Part shown: piece by piece, positions 24,521 to 37,802 of the stretch
Numbering within the stretch: the stretch's first letter is position 1
Layout of the letters: every line of letters starts with the position of its first letter
DNA from: Eledone cirrhosa
Lineage: Eukaryota
Assembly (NCBI GenBank): GCA_964016885.1
Contig: OZ024740.1
Span: 302,374,001 to 302,438,000 of the forward strand
Length of the DNA stretch: 64,000 nt
Reading direction: 5' to 3'
Notes under the pieces: generated by a model
The model's input: the letters and a program-made list of their open reading frames with translations, nothing else
Database searches by the model: none
Told to the model about the DNA's origin: nothing
Made by a program: the position numbers and the translations under genes

Positions 24521-26500
24521 CCAAACACATCCATTCACGACAACCTCCACCTCATACGATACATCGTAGAGAGGGTAGCTAGGGAACCTGGCATGGGTGG
24601 GTCCTTGATCAATTTAGATCAGTCGAAAGCTTTTGATAAGGTCGACCATCGTTATCTGGCGGCAGTTCTGAGGGCGGCTGGCTATGGGCCCGTCTTCAGA
24701 GGCTGGATCACTGCCATGCACAGCAACATCTGCTCTGTGGTGAGAGTGAACGGTCACCTTTCGGAACCATTCAACATCATGCGCTCGATCCGCCAACGGT
24801 GTCCCGTCACGTCCCTCTTGTAGGTATTGACTCTCGAGCCATTACTGCACAAACTGGAGATGTTGAAGGGGGTCCCGCGCGAACTAGAAAGCGGAAGATC
24901 CGTGTAAGCATGTGCGGACGATGTCACCGTAGTAGTGTCGAACGCCAAACATATTGAGGCGATCGGCACTACACTACGAGAATACGAAGCGGTGACAGGA
25001 GCAATGATCAACCAGGAAATGTCGGTGGGTCTGCAGCTCGGCACCTGGAGAGGCAGGTCCATGCCGTCCAACAGCATCGTCGGGCGCTGGAAGGACGGAC
25101 CGATTAAATTGCTAGGGGTCTGGTTCGGTCCGCACCTCCAGCCGGACAAAAACTGGGACGAGGTGACGAGCAGGGTGGCTTCTCTCACCCAGAAATGAGC
25201 AGAGAGGAAGCTATCCCTGAAAGGTCGAGCGGAGGTGGCTAACGCGTACATCGCGTCCGTCATCTTCTACCGCCTGACTGTTGTGCCTTGTCCTAAGCCT
25301 CTCCTGACTGCGCTGGAGCGTTTGCTCTTTCGCTTTTTGTGAAAGGGACGCGCTCCGATGGTCAGGAGATCCATCTGCTGTCAACACCCGCTACATGGAG
25401 GGCTGGGAATGCCGTGGCTGATGATGCGCAGTCACGCGCTCAGGCTACGACATCTCCACCTCTTCCTCGACGGTGATCAGGTGTGGTCGCCGTTTGCTAG
25501 ACGCGTCTTTCCCCAGATCGTTTCCTTGACGGAGCTGCAGTCCAGGGTCAAGCGAAGACCGAGAGGCAGCGCTTGGAGACTGGAATGCTTCAGGTGCTCA
25601 CAGCCCTCGACCAAATGGGCAATGTGATCGTGGGAAACTCCACCTTGGCGTTCTATAGAGGATTAGTGGAAAGGAAGAGCGACGACGTACTTGGAGAAAC
25701 TCTAGGCGTCGAAGGAAATCAACTAGCCAATCTCTTCGGAAGAACTTTCGGGCCGGGCCCTATGGACAACTTCCTGAACCCTGGCCTGGCAGTGCTACCG
25801 AGGACCTTAGCCAGTTCGTGATAAACTCTACAGGCATGGAGGGGCCGTCAGCTGCGCATTTCCGAGATGCGCGCAGGGTGACGAAACCGTCCTGCACGCA
25901 CTCGTCCAGTGTCCGAGCATTGCTGACTTGTATATTTATGTCGAACACCTGCTGTCACGTGTAGGACGCATCCAGCTATCAGTTGAGTCCATCGTGAGGA
26001 TTGCCTCGCCCTCTTCCTTTAGCCGGGAAGGGCAGGCAATTTTTATCCGTCTGGGGGCCATGGCGTATGGTTGACGCGTTTGAAAGGCTGAAGACGAGCA
26101 CTTACCTCTTCGGTGATGCCCTGATTAACTTTTTCAAATTTCATTTAAAAAGGAAAATCAAAGAGAGGGAAGTGCTCTGTTCCCAGCATTTTGTTGAAAG
26201 ATGGGTGAGAGAGGCAAGAATGGCCCGTGTGAACGGGCCTACTGTGAGTATGTGCCTGTAAGTTGAAGGTGGAGAACTAGGAGAGGGCACTTTCCCTGCT
26301 GGTCAGGGTTACCGTATCCATTTTTAATGGGCTTTCTCCACGAATGTCCCTCGGAAGTCTCCCCCCTATTGGGGAATTTTTCATTGTTTCCTTTTTTTTG
26401 TTACATCCCCTGTTTTTTTGTTTTTTTACATGCAGAAATGCCCAATTGTACCGTCCTGTAGTGTCCTGTACTGTAAAGCCTTGTGGTTAATAAAGAAAGC
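24521..26500 (+). mobile_element. Tx1-clade LINE, 5'-truncated and decayed (copy T2)
   Basis: Begins within RT (SIHDNLHLIRY, DQSKAFDKV) and has several stops. The 3' UTR runs into (ATT)n. Confidence 0.93.
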
Positions 26501-26536
26501 ATTATTATTATTATTATTATTATTATTGTTGTTATT

Positions 26537-29500
26537 CCTTGAATCTCAGTCATTGATGTTGGTTAACTGGAAAGTCCGTTGGAATGAATATCAAGCCACT
26601 ACCTGCAGCCTCAGATATTCAGGACGTATCGGAGGGTTCTTGCTGTTCCAAGCAAGCATGCCTTTTGAAGCGTTCCAAAAAGCGTGAAGGGGCCGATTTT
26701 CTTTAACCATCCCTGGAAACTTTTGGAGATAGTCCCCAGTGCGCCTATGACAATCGGGATCACTTTGACTTCATGACAGTTCCAAATCCTTTTCACCTCC
26801 CACTTTAGGTCCTGGTATCGGTTAATTTTCTCCCTCTTCTTCTCTTGCACTCTCGTGTCGAACGGGCAGGCCACATCCACAATCAGACACGATATTTTTT
26901 CTTTGTCCACAACCACCAGGTCAGGTCTATTGTGTTCCAGTTTTTTGTCCGTCTGTATCCTAAAATCCTACAGCACCTTCACCTGATTGTTCTCCATCAC
27001 CGCCTCTGGCCTATGCTCATACCATTTCTCAGAATGTGGTAAATTGTTTACTTTGCACAGGTGCCAGTGGATCACCCAGCCCATCACATCGTGTCTCCAG
27101 CCCTTATAGTGGATCTGGGCTAGGTGTTTACACTCGGACACAATGTGAGCCACAGTCTCCTCTCTCTCTTCACAGATCCTGCACAGTGGGCTAGCCTCCT
27201 CCTTGAAAATATGGTGCTTCAACCACTTCCTTTTGAGGGCCTGCTCCTGCGCAGCCATTAGCATTCCTTCTGTAGCCTTTTTGAGGTCTCCTCTTCTCAA
27301 CCAGTTCCATGTCTGTGGATCTCTAAATTCAGTTTTCTCAAAGAAGGTACTATGAAGGGATTTTCCCTTAAGGCTGCTCTTCCTCCTTGATGTTATTTCC
27401 TCCTTGGACATCCCCTGGCCTACTGTCCCCTCCATCAGTACAGTTCTGAGCATTGGCTCCTTACTATAGGTCACGTATTTGTATAGGCTGTTTTTCTCCA
27501 TCTGAACACAGTCCTCTATGCTGATAAGACCTCTTCCACCCTCAGATCTCCTTAGGTAGAGTCTATCGACATCACTCCTCTTGTGGAACATGTTGTAGAT
27601 AGTCGATAGCTTCCTAGTCTTCCTATCCATTTCTTTTTGTTCAGCAACATTCCATCTCAGAATTCCCGCACTGTACCTAATAATAGACACAGCTCGGGAA
27701 TTGACTGCGCTTATGGCATTTCTGCTGTTCAGATGTGACTTCAATACGCTCCTTACTCTCCGAATGTATTCAGTTTTTAACAATTCCTTCATTTTTTTGT
27801 TCTTTATGCCATCAGCCTCCAGAACGCCCAAATACTTGTATCCTTCCTCAGAGTCAATTTCCTTTATCATCTCACCTGTTGGTATCTGGATCCCGTTACT
27901 TCTTCTCAACCTACCCCTCCTCATCACAATGACTCCACATTTACTAATACCAAACTGCATACATATATCACTGCTGAAAATACGGACAGTGTCAACAAGC
28001 ACATCCAACTCCTTCTCACTTTTCCCGAAGAGCTTAAGATCGTCCATGAAGAGGAGGTGATTGATGGTAAGCTCTCCCTTTCCTAACTTGTATCCTGCTC
28101 TCACGTTTCGCAGCATAATGGTCAAGGGCATCAGGGCAAGGACAAACAACAGAGGGGACAGGCTATCTCCCTGGAAGATATCTCTCTTGATCTTCACGCT
28201 TCCCAAGGATACTCCAGTTGATGTCAACTCTGTCTCCCAGGACCCCATACTCCTGCCCAGCAACTGTCTGATGTTATCTGCCACCCTGAAGATCTCCAGG
28301 CTTTTGGTGATCCAAGAATGAGGCACCATGTCAAATGCCTTTCTGTAGTCTATCCATCCCATGGCAAGATCAGTGTGTCTCCTCCTGCAATTCCCCATTA
28401 CCATCTTATCAATAAGTAACTGGTCATTTGTACCACGTGACTTCTTTCGGCATCCTTTCTGTTCGTCCGGTAACAAGTTGTTTGTGTGGAGGTGATGGTA
28501 GATTTCCTCAGACACAATGCTCGTCAACAGTTTCCACGTTACGGACAGACATGTGATAGGTCTATAGTTGGTAACATCATTACCCTTGATTCGGTCTTTC
28601 ATTATCAGAACTGTGGTACCTTTTGTCAACCACTCTGGCACCTCACCCGACACCAAGCAGTCATTGAACATGGCCGTCAGCTTCGGGTGGAGGGATGTTA
28701 AATTTTTAATCCAATACCCCTGCACACCATCTGGGCCTGGTGATTTCCAGTTGGTTAGTTTTTTGGCCTGCCCCTTAAGAGTTTCAACTGTGATACTCAA
28801 ATCAGTTTGTTGGTGTGCCTGCTCACCGATCTCCCTCTGTACTGTCTCAATCCACCCTGCCTGGACATTATGTCTAACATCCTGCTCCCATATTCCTCTC
28901 CAGAATGTTTTAGTTTGCTCCGCCCCAGGGATCAAGTCGTTGCCTCTTTCTTTCCCCTCAAGCTGTCCAAACAGCATCTTCTGGTTGTTGTCGAACATGC
29001 GGTTCTGTTTATACTGACTGACTCTGTTCTCGTATCGCCTGATTTTTGCACTCTTTGCTACAATGCGTTGCTTCAGTTCCTCTATGATAATATTTAGCTT
29101 TTTCTTCCTAGTTTTGTACTTTATTTCCAGTCTATTTTTAGTGCCTATGTTTTTTAGTGTCCCATTCAGTAGTGACTCAAGCTTTCCTATGTCATTTCTC
29201 ATTTCCCCGATTTGACCACTCAGTCGTTTCTTCCACCACGGCTCTGCTCTTTCTTGTCTGTTGTTTCCTCTCGCTTTTATACCAAATAGTTTCCTCACCG
29301 TATTTGCTGTTGCTTTGAGGATATTGTTGCACTGGTGAAGGCTCCTCGCCTCAAGGTATGGGAGGACTTTGTTTACCTTAGCTGTTGTTTCTTTTAACTT
29401 TTTCCTGTCTACAAATCTTAGGTTCATAGGTCTTCCACTATCATTGTTCAATTCATCTACCACTAAATTTAGGATGTCAACCGAATCTTGTCCTAGCCCG

Positions 29501-30330
29501 TCAGCATTCATCTCCTCAGTGGCCGTATCTCTGTTCCAGGTATTATTTATCTCAGTATTCAGATCATTGTCTGCTTCGGGTGGTTCCCCCGTTCTCAGGA
29601 CCTCTTCACCTTCATTTCCCACTGGCTCGCTTGTCTGGCATACTACACCCGCCATCTCCAAGTCATTCTCTCTGCTCAGTTCCTCCAGTTCCAGCTCGCT
29701 TATCCACTCATTAGTTCTTATTACCCGAGCCTGCCCGGCCAATTTTTGTTCATCTAATTTAAATAGACCAATCCCGTTCCAGATGTTATGCATCCGTCTC
29801 CTGTAGCCCCTCTCCTTGGGGTTACTTTTCAGGTAACATTGCATAACAGTTCTATTCAATTCTTTCGTCCAGTTGGTTCTGGCCCCTTTCCTTCTTCTTC
29901 CTCCAACATCAGTAGTATTTGGTTGATAGTCAGGTTCCTGCTGCTGAGCCAGGGGGCACCTGTTGGGTGAGAGTCTGTCACATGACGTTCTAGTCTCCAT
30001 TTCACCGTTATTCGAACTGTTTATGTTCGATATTTAAACACTCTTATCGAGGATTGGCGAATGTATGGTTACATAGCCATCTGTGGATTCGCCGTTCCTC
30101 TTGGCCCTTGTGTGGCATTATCACCACGCTGTATACGAACACACATAAACAAACAAACACACCGGCAGAAAGGGCCCCAAAAATGAATAAGCATAAGTTT
30201 CATTGTAATGTAGTGTTCGAAAGTCTGACTTAGTTTCTGTTTTTTTTAGTTTTAGTTTTTCCCCCCTCTTCTCTGTCCGTCCGCCTGCTTCTCTCTTCAT
30301 TCTTATTTTCTTTACGTTTTTTGTTTTTTT
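26537..30330 (-). mobile_element. R4/Dong-type element with truncated 5' leader (copy E)
   Basis: Collinear with copy A up to ~330 nt of leader, with (TAA)n on both sides. Confidence 0.95.
26611..30000 (-). pseudogene. R4/Dong polyprotein with one nonsense mutation
   Basis: TGG>TAG at 26968-26970 (KVL*DF) stops translation just before the RPD endonuclease motif. The ORF is otherwise open. Confidence 0.93.
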
Positions 30331-30348
30331 ATTATTATTATTATTATT

Positions 30349-33300
30349 GAATGCTATGGTTGACGGAGGCTACCAACTTGTAGACAAAAACACCCTCCTC
30401 CTCGTGAGAGGGGTCTTTCTGCCCGTTATTTGGCCCTTCGGGGTTAAATAACTGCTTATTGGGGTTTTGTACCCAATATTTATTTTAAACAAAAAAATCA
30501 ACATGGCTACGAAAAAGAATTTGCATAGGTCACTCCCACTCATTCCGTCTTCTTCTTCCTCAATCATCACTACAGCAGAGAGAAGATTGTCTCTCTCCCT
30601 CCCTTCTTTAAATGTGTCTCTCTCCCTCCCTTCTCTTTCGCAAGCGACGAAAGAAAAGAAAAGTCTCGTGCAAAGCGTGCAAGGTTTCTCCACGACGACG
30701 ACGACAGCGACGAAACAGGTGTGCGGGAAATACGAAAACCCAGTTCATTCGTCTGACGTCAGGAATAATAGCAGTAGCAGCCGTAATAACAACAGCAACA
30801 GTGACAATGAAAACAACAGTAGCAGCCGCAACAGCATCACCAGCAGCATAAACAACAACAGCATTAGCAGCAGCAACACCAACAACAACCACAGCAACAG
30901 CGGCGAAGGCAGTAGTCGTATTACCTGCAGCAACAACAAAAGCTCTGACAACAACAATAGCAGCAAAGAAAAACCAATCTCATTTGCAGGTATTGCGAAA
31001 AACTTGGAAACAATCCTCATAACAAATGAGGAATTAGAGGAAGCGAAGAAGATGGTGACAAAGAATGGACACCGAGCAATCTGCAAGGCAGCGGAAAAAT
31101 TTTTCGAAACCCAAGAGCACTGTACGGTGACGTACCGTACAGTAAGTACAAAATCCCGTAGGGTGGAAAGAGCCACAGAGGCCCAAATACAAAAAGCCTT
31201 GGGGTCTGTGTGGGAGCGGAAAACGCACATCACCCGAGGCAAAAAATATGCTACCGTAGACGTACTTTTTGCCACACACCAGGAGGCAAAGGCCCAATCC
31301 GTAGTGACCCTAAGGAGCGAGGAAATAGTGTTGGTGCCCTCCTACTGCGGGCAAAAAATTGTGAGGGTCAAACTGACCCACGTCCCCCCCCCCCCCCCCG
31401 GAATGGCCCCTTCTTGGCTGGCCGCGTCTGTCCTCGTCGGAATCGAGGACAAAACAACTGTACTGCAAGTACAGAAAAAAGTAAGAGGAGATTGGGTCGG
31501 CACCTCCATTGAGATGCTAATCCAAACCAACCAGGAGTGCATCGAAGCTATCCCGGATGTGATAGACTTCGATAACGGCACTCAACTGCCCATAAGTGTT
31601 GAGGGCAAACACCCGAAATGCTTTCGCTGTGGATCGAAGACTCACCTCAGGGCCTTCTGCAACGAGAAGACCCTGAGAAAGGAGAAAACCTTCCGAAGCC
31701 GGCTCCACGGCTACCAGCAACAGGACAAGCGGCAACCAGGAACGGTAGGTCCGTGGCACCCATACCCACGCCACGGAAATCAAAAACAGCAGCAGCAGTG
31801 GAAATATTAACAACAACAACAGCAATACCAAATGCAGCTGCAACAGAGACTCCAGTGCAAACATCACCAACAACAACAAGTGAAAGAGTGGAGCTGGTAC
31901 CCCTCCCCGACCTCACAGAATCAGACATGGAGTGTGAGGTGGGAGAGGGATGGCAAAAGGTCGTAAGAAGGCACAAACACAGAAGCAGCGCATCGTCGCC
32001 TTTGAAAAGGGAGGAAAGAAATGAGAAAAGGGTAAAGTCTACTGCAAAGAGACTCACAGCAGCAACACCACCAACACCATCACCACCCACACTAGCACCA
32101 CCATCACCACCGGCGACAACCCCACCGCCAACAACACCTTCAACACCACCACCACAAGCACCAACATCGCAAACACAACAACAAAACACACACACCCAGC
32201 AACAACGACAAGAAAATAGCAGAACCACACCCCACCCCCAGAAAAACAAATACACGGCAATAAATACACACAACAAGAAACTAATGACTTACATAATTGA
32301 ACACACAGACATTTCACAACAGGACTACATAATACCAGCACCAATCAAAACGCCAACTAACATAAGACTGCTAAAAATAGCACAGAAACAATACACAAAC
32401 ATTAAAACGAAATTCCCCAACGCAGTTGGTGATTTCAGGGACCTAGGAGGAACTATCAATCGAAGAGTATATTCAGACATTCTCTTAGAAGAGCCGACGA
32501 CCAGCCGAAGGGACGATTCAACGGTCCCTTCACCAGACGATCAAGTGAAAAGGGATGTAAAAACCATCCCTCCTCTACGAAAAGTAAGGTAAGTGGTCTT
32601 TCCCATCTTTTCCACTCTATTTTAAACATGACCTCACTCAGAATAGGCAGCATAAATGCGCGTGGCTTGGGGTCGTCATGGAAGCAGGGTCACCTGCTCA
32701 ACGACCTCAGGTCACTAAACATAGATGTAGTGGCCATCAGCGAGACCAGAATCTCCGAAGCACGGGCCTTCGCACCGATCTTTGGCGGCTACGATGTGTA
32801 CGCATCTCCCAGCCGTCCTGGATCGGGGGGAAGAGTTGCTGTGCTTTTTCGGAGAGGTTTGGATCTCGCCATACGGGCCATCTTCCTGGACCCAGAGGGT
32901 AAGCTGGTGGTGCTGGACGTGACCAGCGGAGACGGGCAAGCTTTCAGGCTAGTGGCCGTCTATGCCCCGACAGGAGCAGGGCGGCCTGATTTCTTCCGGC
33001 GTCTGGAGACCTTTCTTGGAACGTCCCGCTCTTTAGTGTTAGTGGGCGACTGGAACGGGATCTTAGATGCACGCTGGGACTGTGTGGAATTAGCGGATAG
33101 GGGTGGAGGGTGCAAGAGCCTCACCAACCTGCTCAGGCGTTTTGAACTGTCTGACAGGTACCGATTGGATTTCCCGAATGTGCCAATGTGGACTTGGACA
33201 AATCGCATAGGGTCATCCAGATCATATCTAGATAGAGTATTTTGTAGGGAAATAGATAGGTCTAGCATAGGCTGTCCACAATTCAAGATAGTCAGCTACA

Positions 33301-35439
33301 CGGACCACAAATTCGTGATATGTGTGCTTGACTTAGATAGGCTTCATAGACGAGGACCCGGCTACTGGAAGCTAAACGTGTGCTTACCAGCGCGCAAGGC
33401 CTACAGAGACCGGATTAGCGAACTAGTTAAGCGGGCGTTGACGGGGGCCATCGTCAACAACAAGTGGTGGTTTGTTCTGAAAAGATCGATTAGAATAGAA
33501 TAGATTAGGTTTAGTAAGGCTTTAGCAATAGAGAAAAATAGAGCAGAGGGAGAACTAGTTAGAAAATTAGACGAGGCGCTTAGCAAAGGCATTGCGACCG
33601 ACGTGCTTGCGGCGAAATTGGCCCTTGACCAATTCTTCAATGCAAAGCACGAAGGCTGCGTTGTCAGAGCAAGGGTGCGTGCTCTCAGACACGAGGGGAC
33701 GAAAGCCGTTCAATGGGCCCGAGTGGCGGAGGCGCGTCGTGGCAACAAAGCCACGATCCGGTCTTTGATGGACCACGACGGGCGTATGCTACTCGATCCC
33801 GGGCAAATGTGTGAAGCTTTTCAGCGACACTTCGCTCAGCTGTTCGGGGGCAGCGGCGGGCCGGGTAGATGGATGGACTTTAGTGTCTACCTCGACGGAC
33901 TGCCGCGGCTCTCGGCCACTGAGGCGAAATGTTGCGAATAGCCGATAATAGCCGCTGAAGTAAGGGAGGCAATGACTAGTTGCATAAGGGGTAAATCGCC
34001 TGGTTTGGATGGTCTGCCCTATGAACTTTACGTACAGATGCCAGACTTGTTCGGAGGCCTCTTGGCGGACGTCTACTGCAACTGGCAACAGAACGGGAGA
34101 ATTCCCAGTTCTGTGAGCCGAGGAGCAGTGGCACTGCTGAGAAAGGATCCGAACAAGGGGGATAACATAGAAAGTTTCTGGCCCATAACTCTGCTAAACA
34201 CAGAGTTCAAGATTTTGGCCAAGGTGCTAGCAAAGAGGTTGGCGCTTGTCGTTGGTGGTCTGGTGGGAGAGGCGCAGACATGCGCTATTCCCGACAGATC
34301 CATCCACGTGGAGGGCTGGGCATGCCGTGGCTGATGATGCGCAGGCACGCGCTCAGGCTACGACATCTCCACCTCTTCCTCGACGGTGATCAGGTGTGGT
34401 CGCCGTTTGCTAGACACGTATTTCCCCAGCTCGTTTCCTTGACGGAGCTGCAGTCCTGGGTCAAGCGAAGACCGAGAGGGAGCGCCTGGAGACTGGAATG
34501 TCTTCAGGCGCTCACAGCCCTCGACCAATCGGGCAATGTGATCGGTGGAAACTCCATCTCGGCGTTCTATAGAGGATTAGTGGAGGGGAAGAGCGACGAC
34601 GTACTTGGGGAAACTCTAGGCGTCGACGAAAATCAACTAGCCAATCTATTCGGAAGAACTTTCGGGCCAGGGCCTATGGACAACTTCCAGAAATCTCTGA
34701 CCTGGCAGTGCTACCGAGGAGCCTTGCCAGTTCGGGATAAACTCTACAGGCATGGAGGTGCCGTCAGCCGGGCATGTCCGAGATGCGCGCAGGGCGACGA
34801 AACCGTCCTGCACGCACTCGTCCAGTGTCCGAAAATTGCTGACTTGTGGGTTTATGTCGAACACCTGCTGTCGCGTTTAGGACGGATCCGGCTATCATCT
34901 GAGTCCATCGTGAGGATTGCCCCGCCCTCCTCCTTTAGCCGGGAAGGGCAGACAGTTTTTATCTGTCTGGTGGCCATGGCGAAAGAGATAGTATGGTGGA
35001 TACGTTTGAAAGGGCTGAAGACGAGCACTTACCTCTTCGGTGATGCTCTGATTGACTTTTTCAAATTTCATTTGAAAAGGAAAATCAGAGTAGAGAGGGA
35101 AGTGCTCTCTTCCCAGCATTTTGTTGAAAGATGGGTGAGAGAAGCAAAAATGGCCCGAGTGAATGGGCCTACTCTGAGTATATATCTGTAAATTAAAGGT
35201 GGAAAACTGGGAGAGGGCACTTGCCTTGGTGGTCAGGGTCATTGTGGCTTTTTACTGGGCTTTCTCCACAAATGTCCCTCCGAAGTCTCCCCCCTATTGG
35301 GGAATTTTTCATTGTTATTTTTTGTTACATCCTGTTTTTGTTTTTTACACGCAGAAATGCCCATTTGTACCATCCTGCATTGTCCTGCACTGTCCTTAAT
35401 GTCTACTTTATGTAAACCCTTGTGGTTAATAAAGAAATC
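30349..35439 (+). mobile_element. Tx1-clade LINE with internal deletion (copy T3)
   Basis: Highly similar to T4. ORF1 has a frameshift near 31690, ORF2 has stops at 33501 and 33939, and 856 bp of the RT core are missing at 34306-34308. Confidence 0.95.
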
Positions 35440-35670
35440 ATTATTATTATTATTATTGAATGCCATGGTTGACGGAGGCTCGGCTCTGTAAGGTATAGTA
35501 ATTTTTAACCGTTAAAACAATTGTAAATTGTTTAAAACTTGAACCAAATTGTTGATAAAGACACCCTCCTCCTCGTGAGAGGGGTCTTTCTGTCCGTTAT
35601 TTGGCCCTTCGGGGTTAAATAGCCAGTTATTGGGGTTTTGTACCCAAAATTTCATTTTAAACAAAAAAAC

Positions 35671-37767
35671 ATGGCTACCAAAAAGAAATTTCATACGTCA
35701 CTCCCACTCATTCCGTCTTCTTCTTCCTCAATCATCACTACAGGAGAGAGAAGATTGTCTCTCTCCCTCCCTTCTTTAAATGTGTCTCTCTCCCTCCCTT
35801 CTCTTTCGCAAGCGACGAAAGAAAAGAAAAGTCTCGTGCAAAGCGTGCAAGGTTTCTCCACGACGACGACGACAGCGACGAAACAGGTGTGCGGGAAATA
35901 CGAAAACCCAGTTCATTCGTCTGACGTCAGGAATAATAGCAGTAGCAGCCGTAATAACAACAGCAACAGTGACAATGAAAACAACAGTAGCAGCCGCAAC
36001 AGCATCACCAGCAGCATAAACAACAACAGCATTAGCAGCAGCAACACCAACAACAACCACAGCAACAGCGGCGGAGGCAGTAGTCGTAGTACCTGCAGCA
36101 ACAACAAAAGTACCAGCAGCTCTGACGACAACAACAACAGCAGAGAAAAACCAATCTCATTTGCAGGTATTGCGAAAAACCTGGAAACAATCCTCATAAC
36201 AAATGAGGAATTAGAGGAAGCGAAGAAGATGGTGACAAAGAACGGACACCGAGCAATCTGCAAGGCAGCGAAAAATTTTTTCGAAACCCAAGAGCACTGT
36301 ACGGTCACGTACCGTACAGTAAGTACAAAATCCCGTAGGGTGGAAAGAGCCACAGAGGCCCAAATACAAAAAGCCTTGGGGTCTGTGTGGCAGAGGAAAA
36401 CGCACATCACCCGAGGCAAAAAATACGCCACCGTAGACGTACTTTTTGCCACACCCCAGGAGGCAAAGGCCCAATCAGTAGTGACCCTAAGGAGCGAGGA
36501 AATGGTGTTGGTGCCCTCCTACTGCGGGCAAAAAATTGTGAGGGTCAAACTGACCCACGTCCCCCCCGGAATGACCCCTTCTTGGCTGGCCGCGTCTGTC
36601 CTCGTCGGAATCGAGGACAAAACAACTGTACTGCAAGTACAGAAAAAAGTAAGAGAAGATTGGGTCGGCTCCTCCATTGAGATGCTAATCCAAACCAACC
36701 AGGAGTGCATCGAAGCTATCCCGGATGTGATAGACTTCGATAACGGCACTCAACTGCCCATAAGTGTTGAGGGCAAACGCCCGAAATGCTTTCGCTGTGG
36801 ATCGAAGACTCACCTCAGGGCCTTCTGCAACGAGAAGACCCTGAGAAAGGAGAAAACCCCCCTCCTCCCGAATCCGGTTCCACGGCTACCAGCAACAGGA
36901 CAAGCGGCAACCAGGAACGATAGGTCCGTGGCACCCATACCCACTCCACGGAAATCAAAGACAGCAGCAGCAGTGGAAATATTAACAACAACAACAGCAA
37001 TACCAAATGCAGCTGCAACAGAGACTCCAGTGCAAACATCACCAACAACAACAAGTGAAAGAGTGGAGCTGGTACCCCTCCCCGACCTTACAGAATCAGA
37101 CATGGAGTGTGAGGTGGGAGAGGGATGGCAAAAGGTCTCAAGAAGGCACAAACGCAGAAGCAGCGCATCGTCGCCTTTGAAAAGGGAGGAAAGAAATGAG
37201 AAAAGGGTAAAGTCTACTGCAAAGAGACCCACAGCAGCAACACCACCAACACCATCACCACCCACACCAGCACCACCATCACCACCGGCGACAACCCCAC
37301 CGCCAACAACACCTTCAACACCACCACCACAAGCACCAACATCGCAAACACAACAACAAAACACACACACCCAGCAACAACGACAAGAAAATAGCAGAAC
37401 CACACCCCACCCCCAGAAAAACAAATGCACGGCAATAAACACACACAACAAGAAACTAATGACTTACATAATTGAACACACAGACATTTCACAACAGGAC
37501 TACATAATACCAGCACCAATCAAAACGCCAACTAACATAAGACTGCTAAAAATAGCACAGAAACAATACACAAACATTAAAACGAAATTCCCCAACGCAG
37601 TTGGTGATTTCAGGGACCTAGGAGGAACCATTAATCGAAGAGTATATTCAGACATTCTCTTAGAAGAGCCGACGACCAGCCGAAGGGACGATTCAACGGT
37701 CCCTTCACCAGACGATCAAGTGAAAAGGGATGTAAAAACCATCCCTCCTCTACCAAAAATACGGTAA
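35671..37767 (+). CDS. Tx1 ORF1 nucleic-acid-binding protein
   Basis: ATG at 35671 (MATKKK), Ser/Asn-rich region, zinc knuckle CFRCGSKTHLRAFC, and Pro/Thr-rich region. Confidence 0.9.
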   Translation: MATKKKFHTSLPLIPSSSSSIITTGERRLSLSLPSLNVSLSLPSLSQATKEKKSLVQSVQGFSTTTTTATKQVCGKYENPVHSSDVRNNSSSSRNNNSNSDNENNSSSRNSITSSINNNSISSSNTNNNHSNSGGGSSRSTCSNNKSTSSSDDNNNSREKPISFAGIAKNLETILITNEELEEAKKMVTKNGHRAICKAAKNFFETQEHCTVTYRTVSTKSRRVERATEAQIQKALGSVWQRKTHITRGKKYATVDVLFATPQEAKAQSVVTLRSEEMVLVPSYCGQKIVRVKLTHVPPGMTPSWLAASVLVGIEDKTTVLQVQKKVREDWVGSSIEMLIQTNQECIEAIPDVIDFDNGTQLPISVEGKRPKCFRCGSKTHLRAFCNEKTLRKEKTPLLPNPVPRLPATGQAATRNDRSVAPIPTPRKSKTAAAVEILTTTTAIPNAAATETPVQTSPTTTSERVELVPLPDLTESDMECEVGEGWQKVSRRHKRRSSASSPLKREERNEKRVKSTAKRPTAATPPTPSPPTPAPPSPPATTPPPTTPSTPPPQAPTSQTQQQNTHTQQQRQENSRTTPHPQKNKCTAINTHNKKLMTYIIEHTDISQQDYIIPAPIKTPTNIRLLKIAQKQYTNIKTKFPNAVGDFRDLGGTINRRVYSDILLEEPTTSRRDDSTVPSPDDQVKRDVKTIPPLPKIR

Positions 37768-37802
37768 GTGGTCTTTCCCATCTTTTCCACTCTATTTTAA
37801 AC

